64,000 nucleotides of DNA. It comes from Adineta vaga. Its lineage: Eukaryota > Animalia > Rotifera. The notes below the pieces were generated by a model, which was not told where the DNA came from, made no database searches, and saw nothing but the letters and a program-made list of their open reading frames with translations. How positions within the stretch are numbered: position 1 is the stretch's first letter; the number at the start of each line of letters is the position of its first letter. Shown piece after piece: positions 35,301 through 49,100 of this stretch. The position numbers and the translations under genes are program-made. The stretch covers positions 12,586,001 to 12,650,000 of the forward strand of contig CP075496.1 in the NCBI GenBank assembly GCA_021613535.1. Reading direction: 5' to 3'.

Positions 35301-38300
35301 CGATTTAATAATTGTTGTCGACGTTTTTCTTCCAAATGATATAAACGACGAAATTCTCGATGTGCTTCTTTTCTAGAAGAAGAAAAAAAAAGAATTAATC
35401 ATGATATTTCTTTGAACGATCAAATTTCATTTCTTGTTCATATCCAATAGAATACCATTATCATGAAAGAGAATCCTTTTCAGGAACAATGTAAAGCAGA
35501 GGTTTCGTAACTATGTACTTATTTGATTGTTAAAAATTGAGAGAAATATTTTCTCAATTATAAATCATTGTATGTTAGAAAAGCGGAAGAAGAAAAACGA
35601 TTGAACGAGTCGGTTTGAAAAGAGTAAATATTTTCTTTTGCTTTTTTAATTAAAATATCGTTTTTAGTCTGAAGAAAACCTTTCTTAAACTATATACGTC
35701 AAAAAGTAGTTGTAGAAATGGTTATGACATTGAAGTATGAATACATAAGAAGTTACTTGAATAAGACATTGTAGATGTATTATGTCTTTTCCAGTTGACG
35801 TCATGGATCGGGAAATGAAAGAATAGGTAAATACAATGCATACATTTTCTACTTTTTCTTTTCTCCGTGTCGTTCACAGACGTATAAAAAAAATGAAGAA
35901 GTTTTTTTTCCGCTAATTGAAAGAGTGAACTACTTCTTTTTTTTTGCATAAGGAAATTACTAAGTTGTTCGTTGTCACGCTAACGTATGCTCTGAATTCT
36001 ATACTTAAAATATAAAATTATATCAAGTAAATCTTGTCTAGAAGATTCTTTTTTTAGATGTCTTTGATAAATAGATAGGATCTATGTTGTTTTTTGTTTG
36101 ATAATAACTAACCGTTCAGATAATCGAGATTGATAATCGTTATGTGGTTCAACGATTTTAGTAGTAACAATTTCTTCTTGTTTACCGTCTGGTCCAACAA
36201 ATCGTCGTGTTGTTCGAATTGTACGACGGCGTGTTGCTCGAGTCTAAAAACAAATTTTATTCATTTTCTCTCAAGAAAATTCAAGTATACAACGATTTTT
36301 TTTTACCTGCGCATAAGTTGATGATGGATCTGTAGAAGATGTTAAACCAATACTTTGACTTGAACTGTTTGTACTACGTACTGTATCGTGATTACTACCT
36401 CCATTTAAATGCGTAGTTACTTGATTTACACGAGTATAATAATGATCAATATCACCATTTGTCCCATTATTTTGATTATTATGATAGATTGTTGATGAAG
36501 ATGAATGTCCTTTATCTTGATTGAAATTATAGATTTGATTAAATCCATTGAGATGTTGTTGGACAAGATCATTATCTTCTGCTTCTTCTTGATCATCATC
36601 ATGAGTCAAATCAGTTATAACTGCAAGTATAACTTCAGGAATCGATGGTTTTTCAAAATCAGATTGAATCACTTCCTCAATTAGATCATTTATATAAGAT
36701 TCATGTATACGAATGAATTCTTTCGAAGCTAAATCTTCCGTGTCCAAACGACCAACTTCAATATTATTAGCCGGACGATTATTAGTATTGTTAGATGTAG
36801 TTGGTATAGTTGGTGGTGGAACAAAAATTGATGTTGGTAAAGGTTTATTCATTGATGGTTTAATTTTTTCAGGTGATGGAGCTTTTTGTTGAGTAATAGT
36901 ACCTGGTGGAGTTGTTTTCTTTTTATGTCCATTGACAATTGGTATGGGTAGAGGAGGAGGTGGAGTAGGAGTAAGACGTTTGATTGGTGCTGGTGATGCA
37001 GATGGAATTTTAAATGATGCTGTTGCTGTTGTTGTTGTAGAGGTTGATTCTTTTGGTTCAGATGCAGCTCGTACTTTTGATGGCGCAAATTGAGTAGTAA
37101 CAATAGCTGGATTTGTAGTACTGTTCGAAAGAGATGATGTTGGTTTAGATGCTTTTGTTGACGAGGGTTTTGTCGATGAATTCGCGTTTGGAATCGCTGG
37201 TGGTCTATTTTTAATACTAAAAAATTTCATTTTTTTAATATATGAATATAAAAAAATGCTTTTTCTTTCTTATTAAGTTTGAAAAATCAAGGTAGACTGT
37301 GTTATGTTAGAGAAAAAAATTCGATATAATATTTATCTTCATACTCAAACAGTTCGACATATTTCTTTAATTTATGATTTCATGATCTCAAAACCATGTA
37401 AAACAAACATGACAAATTTTCAAGTACCTCTTAACTTCAATATACTATCCTCTAGTCAATTTATATGGCTTCCATTACTAACAGAACAGTACATTGTACT
37501 CCGATAATCGTTTAGCATGCTACGAAAACGTCATGAAAATAAACTTACTTATTATTTGATTCTTTCGATTTAACATCTTTGTCTGATATAATTACTGTTG
37601 GTTTTGTCGGTGGTAAAGATGGTACTGGGACAGTTTCTACACTTGATAAACGTCGAATTTGTTTGAGTACAATAATCCCATCGTTTTCATGATTATTATT
37701 ATTATTTTCATGAGTTTGATTGTCATCAATAGTTGTTGCAATATCTCCATCAGCTATAGATGAATGATTATCATCATCCATATCATTATCTTCATCATCG
37801 GAAAGTGTATTTGTTGAAGGAATAGAATATTTTTTAAGTTCTTCTTCTGTAATTGAACTTTTGGAAAGACGATTTTCACTTTCTAAATCATTTTTTGACT
37901 AAAAATAAAAAGAATAAATAATCATTTTCTTTTTTCGAATTTTCTTATCACTTTTACTTGAGATGATGGAAGAATAATTTCTTCTTCAACAACTTCAACA
38001 ACTGGTGTAGCTTTAAATTCTTCCAATAGATAAAGTATTGATGAATGAGCAGATTTAGCATTTGCCATAAATGGATGTTGTTTCAATTCTTGACATGATA
38101 AACGATCAGCTGCATTACGTTTTAAACAACATGATAATATATCAGAAAATTCGGTACTCCATCGACGAATATCTCTTAATGTTGGTGGTGCTGCTTGACG
38201 AATTTTTGCACCAACACGTTCAGCACGCATTTCATGATATGGTGGATCCATTTCAGCCATTTCAATCAATGTGATACCAAATGACCATAAATCCACACGA

Positions 38301-39050
38301 TAATCATATGTATTATAAGTACTTGCTTCACAAAAGAACACTTCAGGTGCCATCCTAAACAAAATAGAAACAATTTAAAAAAATAAATGAGAACATTGTA
38401 TTTTTAATCAATCGAAAGCTAATATTTGTTTCTAGATCATACCAATAAACAGTTCCAATATATTCATTTCTCTTCTGATCTTGTTGTGTATTCTTTGCTG
38501 AGACACCAAAATCAGCCAATTTAACTTGTCCAGTTTGTGTGAGAAGTATATTACTTGCTTTAACATCTCGATGTATAACAAATTGTTGAGTATGTAAATA
38601 ATCTAATGCTTCTAATATTTCATAACCAATAAAACGTATTTGTTTTTCATCTAATCCATGTTCAAGTGTTGTCATAATATGATCAACTGCTCCATATGTA
38701 CAATATTCGAGAAAAATATATAAATTTTTCTCATAATAATAAGCATCATAAAGTCCAATAATATTTACATGATCACAATCAGATAAAATATTGATTTCAA
38801 CTGTATGTTCAGGTAACTCATCATCAGTACAATCTTCGATAACTTTCGCTGCAGCATATTGTTTAGTTTGATCATGATATGCTTGATAAACTTTTCCAAA
38901 TGCTCCATCACCTAATTCTTTGATTAATTTCCATTCATTTAATGGTGATTGTTCTTTATAAAGACGATTCTTTTTCACCGATGAATTCTTGTTTGATAAG
39001 AATTCGTCACCACTCTGTGTACCAAAGATATTTTTCAGTCGTTTCAACAT
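32356..39050 (-). CDS. SLK: STE20-like serine/threonine kinase (SLK/STK10/Slik family)
   Basis: [67 protein letters not shown]. A long Pro/Ser/Thr linker, then RRTIRTTRRFV..DG....VTTKIV and a C-terminal coiled coil ending ELEERFVRETLKQKDFYF..LN* (stop 32356-32358). Confidence 0.93.
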
Positions 39051-41775
39051 CGAGAAATTGCAATCATTATGTTTTCATATAGATCAAATTGAAAATGACA
39101 AAAATATCAAATCTAAAACGAAATATATAGGCACGTCGATAACATATTCTCATGTCTTAAATCAAAAGTCAGGATTAGCATTTGATGAAGAAAGAGAAAA
39201 AAAAACAGAAGGAGAAAAAATTTTGTTTTATTTACTTTCGATTTTCATTTCCTCCGTGTGTTCGTATTTTCGTTCTGATTTTCGATACAATGTTACTAAA
39301 TGAAGCGCTATGAACAATGCCTTATTTAACATCGATTATAACGATGAACTCAAAGTTCAAATTTACAAATCGAATTCATCGACTTTTTTTAAATGTTTCA
39401 GATGAAAATAATAAAAACACTAAGGAAAAGAAAGGAAAAAAAATGTCATTGTCTGTTTTCTTACATTAATAGAAAGAGGGCGCTAATCATGTGATAATAT
39501 TTTAACTGCTTAGGACACTACACTATAATCAACTTCTCGTGTATGTAAAATCAATATTGATATGAGTTCACAGTATCAATATATCTTAATGGTTTATTAG
39601 CTTGCAATTCTGAGCAGCATTGTAGACTGTTTAGAAAATACTTTATAAAATACACTGGATGTGAGTGACTGAATGTAAGATTGTAGGTATTCATTAGGTG
39701 CCATTGTCGCGTCCGTCCTCTTTTCCTTCTACAGATGACACAATCCAGATGTCTTTTTGGATTTCAAAAATAAGATTGTTGACTTTCAATATATTCATTT
39801 ACACTCGATTCTAATAAAATTTTCGTTCAACAAACATTACTAGACCATTGCATACAATCTATAACCGACAGCCAGATTATATGCTAAATCTAAATATGTG
39901 CAACGTTACAAATAAAAAACTTCTGTAACAATGTTCAATCAAGATAGTATAGGTGCTGTTTTTTAATCGATGGTCAACATTTAGCTCATTTATTCGATAC
40001 ATACGCGAGCCAAATATGAATATACTTATAATCATTTGAAACTAATAAATTTGTTAATTTCCTTCCACGTTCTGTTTACTTTAATCTTGTTGAAAATGAC
40101 TTGTAATTATGAGGAATTATGTGACTTCAGTGAATTGAAATTAACTGACGTGTGTGCATTAGATGAACGGAAAGAGGATGTCGTACTATGGGCAAAGAAA
40201 TTCGGTTATTAAAACTTATTTTTAAATATAGTATCGTCGAATTTTGTGTCTATGATACAATCAGATCATATTCATAATGGTCGTCAATTGTAATCAATAT
40301 CTCGTTTCTTTTTTCGATTCGTTGATAAGGTTCATTTATTTTTTGTTGGTACAATTGTAATTTAACGTTTTCTGATGACTATCAAGCTTCTTGCTAATAT
40401 CTCAATAATACATAGATTATATATCATCTTTTGTATCAACTAACATAAGCTTTTTTTCTTCTTATCCGCAGTATATGTCTTTTCTTCACTAACCCATTAC
40501 ATCACTAGTATCATTAACATAGTTGACCTCTAAAGATAATATGATTGTTTAATATACCATTAGAGAACAATGTTCGATAGAAGAGAAAATTCTTTCTTGC
40601 TGAATATTGATTTACTTTTTGTATAAAACTAAATTGATAGAAGAATTTCTTCAGTATAATAAAGAAATATTTAATTGATAAAGATAAAATGCAAATAACT
40701 AGATGAAATAGAATTGGATGTTTAATTACTAATTGAAAGAGATATATAAAAAGATGACGCACGCTATATCAATGTGAAATTTTATAGTATATTTTTCTCT
40801 TATATCACGCAAGAGAAATAAATCATTCATAATTTTCATTATTTACTGTATGAGCATATCTGATTTTTGAATGAATATTATCGTAAGATGATCTTACAAA
40901 TCATTGAAAAGATGCTATTGTTTACAAGTATGCTATATAGAAAATGTTCGATATCTGATGATACACAACACAGAGATATTACATGAATACAATTGGTACT
41001 TGAGTGACCTTTCTTTTTTGACATAAACATTTTTGAAAGCAAACGGAAAAGTTTTAATTATATTTTCCTGTATACATTTATTTTGTTTGTGACATACATC
41101 TATTTTTCTTTATTCAACATGATCGAGTGTCACTAAAGATGCATTCGGTGACTGAGTTATATTCTTATGAGATTATTGTCGAAGAAAAGTTTTGAGACAT
41201 TCTATAACAAACATTCATAGATGAAACTTGAGAATCGTTAGTTTCTTGCATATAGACTTCGTTCAAATCATTGTTGAATATAGTCTAACAAGAAAGAACA
41301 TGCAATCATATGAGAAGAAGACGATCCGCTGATTAGACGATGTATATACAGAAGAGTATACAAGTGGACTGACTATTGATGGCTGTACACCAAGACAGAT
41401 GACATTTGTAAGTACCCCATCTTCTCGTTTTGTCTAAATGGAAACAATTGATTTGTGTGATTTTGTTTTGTTCTTCATCTTTTTCTTTTTCTCTCTATTT
41501 CTCGTTTAATGTGAATATATGTATGTATGTTAAGATCGTGTGCATTCTGCTAGAACAATCGTGCAGTCAATCACATATAACCATAGAGTAACAACAACAA
41601 AAGACGAAGATTGATCGTGCAAACTTGTCTAACGTTCAATGTGTTCAATCTACGCATGTCGATGCGACACATATACATATAGAAAATATGTCGATCTCTT
41701 TCTCTTGCGACTATATACAAGTACGACTACTGTTGTTACTAGAATACTACTTAGACAGATAGGAGTAAGAACGGG

Positions 41776-41776
41776 T

Positions 41777-41808
<32 letters not shown>

Positions 41809-41947
41809 GAGATGCACACACAAGGAAAGAGGGAGAGAGAGAAAATCAATCCTAATCCACTTCAAGTACGGAAAAACGAGAACGAAAGACAAGAGAAGAA
41901 ATATAAATGAAAAGAAGCGAAGAAAGAGAAGGAGAGAGAGAGAGAGC
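41776..41947. repeat. GA/GACA-rich simple-sequence region
   Basis: Runs of (GA)n and (GACA)n in the SLK-PLC epsilon intergenic region. It may be regulatory or 5'UTR sequence. Confidence 0.7.
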
Positions 41948-44900
41948 AATTGATCATGTCTGTTGTTACCACATATTTCTTCTTCTGTCTTATACTAGCA
42001 GTTATCGATATGGTTCCGTTCATATAATCTTCCCGTGCACATTCTTTTCCTAATGCCATCAACACTCTAAATACAGAAAAGAAAAGAAAAGAAAAGGAAA
42101 AGAAGTAATAGTTCACATCCCTCCATACATCTCTACACGTAAATATTCTCCAAGTGGTCATCATCAGCAGTTGGTATCTCTCTTAATCCATTCTTTTTCG
42201 CATATTTATTAACCAACAATGATCATTATGGACAAGCAGTTGACTAGCTAGAACAGTAGTATGTAAAACGTTATCATACATCATTATCGAGAACGTAAAA
42301 ATAACATTTGGAATATTTTTTTTGTTCTCTTTCGTCATTCTATAGAAATTCTAGATAATCATCATACGGTAACAGTTTAGTTGCTTTTACATCTCTAAGA
42401 TGAAAGAAGATCTATTCGGTAGATTAATAGATAATTAATTACAGTCATATTTATAGAAATGAGGAGAACGTATCATTTTTTAACTATATACACTCGATTA
42501 TATCTCATTTATCTGCTCATAGTAAAAACCGTCTAGAGAAGAAAGAAGAGAAAAGAAAAAATGATGATAAACCTGCTTAGATTTATTGATGAATATATCT
42601 ATTCAAGTATTGAAAAGAAAACATCGATGTTGAAAATAGGATAACGTCAATAACAAAAGAGAACATCGAACAGGTATTGAAATTCAACGAAAGGTAAAAG
42701 AAGAAAATAGAGATAGAGAATCGATACTTCTTCAGTTTGATTTTCTTTACATGATTGTCGTGTTGGAGCACTCTGTCAAAGGTAACAGAATTCTTCTTTC
42801 ATCTTCATTTCTAGCTCAATTTGCCCTACTGAGTAGTTGTCGTAGCATATTCATCATCTCTTTTCATTTGATTATCTTCGAGGAAAAGATGAGCTAGAGA
42901 GACAGAAACAAAGCTTTTATAAACGTAGGAGTGCAAAATATCAGTAAATTTTCATATATTTTGATGTCTCACCGGATTTTCATTTCGTTAGAATGTTTGT
43001 CAAAATATTCAACCAAGTAAGTTCTATATTAAAGAGAATTCGTATAGATAACGACGTCATTCATTCTCATTAGAGACTTCCTTTTCTAAAGTTTCACATA
43101 ACTTTTTAGTTCTATATGTCTTTCATATTGAAAGCTCTTTTTCTTTTACAGAAGCGCATATAATGACAGAGAGCGAGAGAGAGGAGAAAATTATGACTAG
43201 AAGGCTTTTAATTAAATAAATGCTGTTGTGTGTTTTCAATCTTTTCTACTTTATTATCATTAACTGAGCAGATCTAAAACATTCATTTTTTCTCGAAAAT
43301 ATAATTGTTTTCTTTTTTCTTCTTTACTGTTTTCTTTTCTTCATCAGTGAACCATAGTCAATTGCCATTTAGCATTCAGCTATCATCAAATACATTAGAT
43401 TTAGGTGCCGTATCCGTAATAGCGAACAGTTCTTAGCTCGGGTTTTTATTACTTGTTATCGAGAAATATAATGTAAGATCGATGCGTTTTTCTTGTAGTC
43501 GAAGCAAATAACAGCATTGATGATGAATTAGTGAGCGTAAAAACTATCACATATACCGAATGGTTTCTATCATCCATCGGACGACGACAATGGTGACGAC
43601 TAACTATCACCAATAGGTCAATTCCATTGAGACGAGCATACGAAGGGAAAATGTGATGTCGCAATCCTCTTATCTCTCTTTTTCCTTTTCTTATGTTAGT
43701 AATGCATCATATTCTATCCGTACAGACAAGCTACTTCTAGCTGGCCCAAGGTAATTTTCTCCCCAAACTGCTGTCATCGTCATTACAGTGTTTTCCCTCT
43801 TCTACCATTATCGAAATCATTATACACATATATTATTATTGAGCAAGTAGTCAGGTATATATGTTTGTCAAGAACATGCTCATGATCGATCAGAGAAAAT
43901 ATCTCGTCAAGAGAGCAAGAATCAAGAAAAGACTATCGTATCTTCATATGTTCTAAATCAATTGTGCAGTTGCTAGAAATACAAAGGAGAGGGAAGAGAA
44001 AGAGAGTCAGCTGGATTCCTATTATTCTTTATCAGTAGGATGGGAAAAGACAGCGACCAAGAATGGTAGTAATCTAGTTCTAGGCTTTCTAATATATGTA
44101 CTGTCAAAGTGTAAGACAGGAAATGTTCTTTTTTTTCTATGTTCTAATGTTATCCATCATTGTTCTGTCAAACGATGAAGTGTTAATGTTAGTTTTCATT
44201 TCTAAATCTCAGAAAAGAGAAAAAGAAAAAAAAAGAAAGAAAGAAATTAGATACTTGACTTAGCATATCTGAAATCATATGTTGATAGCCTTTCTTCACT
44301 CTCGTATTGCTTCGCTTTTTCTTGTATGTCTTTGTTCGACAAATGTACAGATATGATTATTTCCTTCGATGTCGTCGACGAAGAAAAACGACAACTGTAT
44401 GTTGAGTTTTTCGACCTTAGAAAATTAGAGGACATCGGAAAAGTATAGCTTCAAGTGACATATATATATATATATATATCTTTGCGTTCTTGCTATCAAA
44501 AACAAGTTCTTTTATTAGAAAGTTTGAGGAAAAGAAACGATGACGAGAAAAATGCAACTGCTGTTTTTCTTATGATCGCTCATTCGATATATGATCGATT
44601 GAATGAGCGTAGATGATTTTCTGACATAAGCGATCTTCGTATGTGTGTGTGTAAGCACGCGTATTTATATCTGTCCTATATAATCAAGGTTGATCAAATG
44701 CGATTGGTTAAGAGATATGAACATTAATGATTATAAGCTTATTTTGTTTATCATTCCTCAATATGTAAGAATTCGAGAAATCGAGTAGTACAATGATTCT
44801 AATACATATGTTTGTGCTGATTATCTTTTCGGAAGTGTGAGTCAAGAGATGATGATGATGATGATTATATACACATCAACTTTGGAACAGCCGTGTGCTC

Positions 44901-46180
44901 TTTTGTATATATTTTCATGAAAAAATAACTAGCGGCATAGCATCATTACTAGCAGTACCAGCATATTATTATTTATCTAACGAAGAGTCTATTCAATCAC
45001 ATACGACACATAAACATACATCCGAACGGGAAGAACTTTACATTCAGACAATACAAAAATTTTGCCTTCACCCTAAAGGTACATATATCTAATATAGAGC
45101 AAGACATATATATATATATATATTTGTATGAAGAAGCATCTGGTATCAGATAGGAGAAAAATGAATAGAGGGAATTTGATGGAAGATTAGATGACATTGA
45201 GTTTTGTTTGACCTTGTTTGATAGGTCGGTAATGATTATCGTTACATTGATTAGTTAACTTTACCATCTAGATGTAGTTAACTTTTCAGATAGGAGAAAG
45301 AAACTACAAGGTGTGTAAATTCTTGTATGCTTTATAACTGAGTAAATAAGACGACGAGAATGTCGACGACGAATAATGATTACAGATTTAGTTAGACACG
45401 AAACGTGTGCAAGGGTATTCTTTATATTTCTTTTCTGTCGGCTACTTTTATTTGATAATATTCTGAGAAAATATCATAGAAATAAGAAAGAATTGAAACT
45501 GGTACTTTTCCCTCTGTTTATTTCTAATTGCGATCAAGTAGTAGAACGAGTATGTATTTTTGTTTTGCTTATAAAATAGATTGATTTGTCTTTTTTTAAT
45601 ATAATTAATATCCAATAGCCTATTTTATACTTCTATTCTTTTATCGTAATTACTAAATTAAGATCACAACCAAACTATTGATTGTATTTCTTGTCAATAT
45701 ATGTACATGTACTAAACAGATCAACCTTTTCTATCTACACTTTCCAAGTCACTGACACATCAGTATTGTATTGATCAGATATTGATGAAGGGCAAATGTA
45801 GAGAAAGAGACATAAAAAAATGAAATGCCATTCTCTCGGAGAGATACCTTTGATGCTTGCTTGCTTACTTACTTACTCTTTTTCTTTCTCTTCTCTTCTC
45901 TTCTCTCCTCTCTCGCTCTCGCTCTCGATTTTCCTTTTCTTTCTGTGTGGAAAAAAACGCAACAATGTTTATCTTATCGAATATACGAACCATTACCCAT
46001 TATACACACAGTTGTCATGTTTGTATTATCATTGTATGGTTCCTTATTCTAGGTAATGGCTGGCATTCAATATTGCTGGCAGTGGTCATATTGGTTGCTG
46101 GTCAAGGACATTGAAGAGCATCAAAACTTATTCTAGATTTCTTTTCATACAGAAGATAATTCGATAAAAGAAAACTAATT

Positions 46181-49100
46181 ATGAGTAACCTGAAAATGTC
46201 ACAAATGTTATCTGTACCTTTGAGTCGGGTACGTTCGCCGAAATTAAAACGTCAAACACCCGTTGATGATGAACTCGACGGTCAACAACAAAATCAACCA
46301 ACAAAATCAATTGCTTCTGATTATGAATCAAATTCATCTCGTTCACTTTCACCTTATTGGCGTATTGTTATGGATCCTGAATCATCATCAAGTTATTTAG
46401 ATGTCCCGGAAACAACAAATAATAGTCGACGTTCATCAAATAATAGTGTTGTACGTTTTACACCACATGATGGATCTGATCTTTGTTCAATTCTTGATAT
46501 GACAGTAAAGACTTTTCTATTCAATGAAATTATATCTTTATCTCTTTTTTTTGTAGTACGAATCCGAAAATCTTGAAAAAGCAATTATTAGTAACGATAA
46601 ATACACAGTTCGTCGTATTATCGATATACATCAAAATAAATTTAATCTAATTAAAGATCGTTCAAGTTTACCACATACACAATTAGGTTTTCCTACACAT
46701 CCTCTACCTGCGACACATCTACATTTACATCCTAGTGCCTCATTTGGTTCACCATCAATTACAAGTAATACGGATTTATTAGAAGCTGTTAGTAAACAAG
46801 CATTGATTAGTAATGAAAATTATGAATTACCATCGATATCATCACCTGAACAAACGAATTCAATATTTGAACCATCAAGTAATAATTTACCTTATACAAA
46901 TGGTCCATTAGCAATGGCTTTAATGAATTATCATCAACAAACACATTCAAATAATCATTTAACATCAAATCCTTCACCAATTCAAATCGGATCATCTATG
47001 AATGAACGCATGGAAAATGAACATGATTCCATGATAACAGCTCCAACAAGTTTAAATAAAGAATCCGTTTATCCGACAAGTGATTCACCAAATGATGCAC
47101 CACCTATCTTTCGAAATGTTTTACATGTAGCTGTTATGTATGGTATGTATTTAATTCTTATCTTTTGATCTATTTAATTGAATAATTGATTTGAAGGAGA
47201 AAAAAAACACAATAACATGATTTCATATTAACAATTCTTTAGAGAATAAAATGATGATAAATGAGTTTTGAATATGAAATTGATCTTTGGATTCCAAAAT
47301 AAAAATTTCTCTTCTCTTTAGATGCTCGTGATGTCATGCGTATTTGTTTGAAATATGGTATTGATCCAAATGCACCCGGTATACATCCCAATACTATTCA
47401 TACTTCATCCAATTCTCAAACACCTACATCAAATACATATTCACATTCAAGTACACGTTTATCACCAGATTTACCGCGTGCATCGCCCTGTCGCAATGGT
47501 ACTTTAGATTATACGAATTATTATACAAATGACCGTTTATTTACTTTACCACCATTATTTCTTGCTGCTCAACGTAACAATCATTTTGCTTGTACACTTT
47601 TGCTTCGATATGGTGCCAATATTAATGTACGTGATGAACAATATTGTAGTCCATTACATTTAGCTGCCCGTCTTCAACATGATGTATGTGATATACTTAT
47701 ATCACATCATGCTTGTATAACAATTTCAAATAAATATGGTGATACACCATTATCTCTCTGGCCAAATGTAAAACAATTACAAATTTCATTTGTTGAACGT
47801 GAATTTAGTAAATTATGTCGTAAACAATCATGTGTATCGAAACGTTACCGATTTCTATCACGTGAAACGAATAATGATCATTATCAAACGATATCATCAA
47901 TAATGAATCACAATAATGGTTTAGTACCGGGACATGGATTGAAAAATTTAAAACGTGTCTTTCGATACAGTGGAAGTGATTCATACGATTCGAAATCATT
48001 TAAAAAAAGTTTTTCTTCACAAAGTTCAATTGGAAAATCTAAACGAATAACAGGAAATAATTTACAAGCGAATGGACAAGGAACATCAATTGGCCGAAGT
48101 GAATCGCGACAAGTTTCCGAAGAACGAGAAGATACAGATACACCACATTTTGGAAGATCATTAAATGTTAAACGAAAAGTAAGTTATGAAAGATCTTTCG
48201 TGAAGATAAAATTCGAGTTTGATAAACAACAATAATCCTCAGTTAATTGCGATTTCATTCGTCTAAATTTTCTCGTCATTCTCTGTAATAATTACATCGA
48301 TTGTTTATTGTATCCGAACTATACAGAATATATGTATAGATATATTATGTCTGTTATAAATTGTATTTTGCTCTGAAAAATCTGTAAATAATTAGGTCGA
48401 TGTATAATCGATGGAAACATTCGAGATTTATAATGTCAACGAATATCAATGAAATCCGTTGATACGTAATAATGAAAACTATATTTTATTTATTCATCCA
48501 TTGAATATAATTTTCAGTCGTAATATATAGATCATATTTGTTTTTAAAGATAGAACTACAGAATTTTTGATTAAAGAAGCCGTAAGGTTAGTCTTAACAT
48601 TGTCTATATGATCTTCATCCTATAAAATTCTTTTACGTATGAAAGAAAATGAGAAATATAGGAAATCGTCAAATTCTAAGAGATAGTTCTTCTCATAGAC
48701 AAGTTAACTAACTAACTAAATAAATATTCATTCATACGGAAAAGGATTGCATCAAATTAGAGAGAATATAGAGTATATCCTGTTGGAAATTTCTCTGCTA
48801 GTTTTTTTTAATGTAAAGCTCTATATGCTAAAAGATTTAGTGACATTTGACTGAACAAATATTTTTAGATTCTGAATAAATAAATTTGAATTCAATTGAA
48901 TTAAGTTATATATAGATTCTTGGTAGAGAAAAAAACATCTGAAATAGATATCTGGAGAATGTAATTTTTGCAGAAAAACAAAGAATATCTTTTTTTTTCT
49001 GAACTGTTGACATCTGTCTGAAAAATCTAATTGAAATGGTTCATACTTTGACTCTAACGGAAAATTCATTCATTTGTACAGAAGAACTAACATTGATTGA

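Noticed and set aside
41639-42164. Several ~100-aa ORFs over the GA-rich block
   Set aside because: Low-complexity translations of simple repeats.
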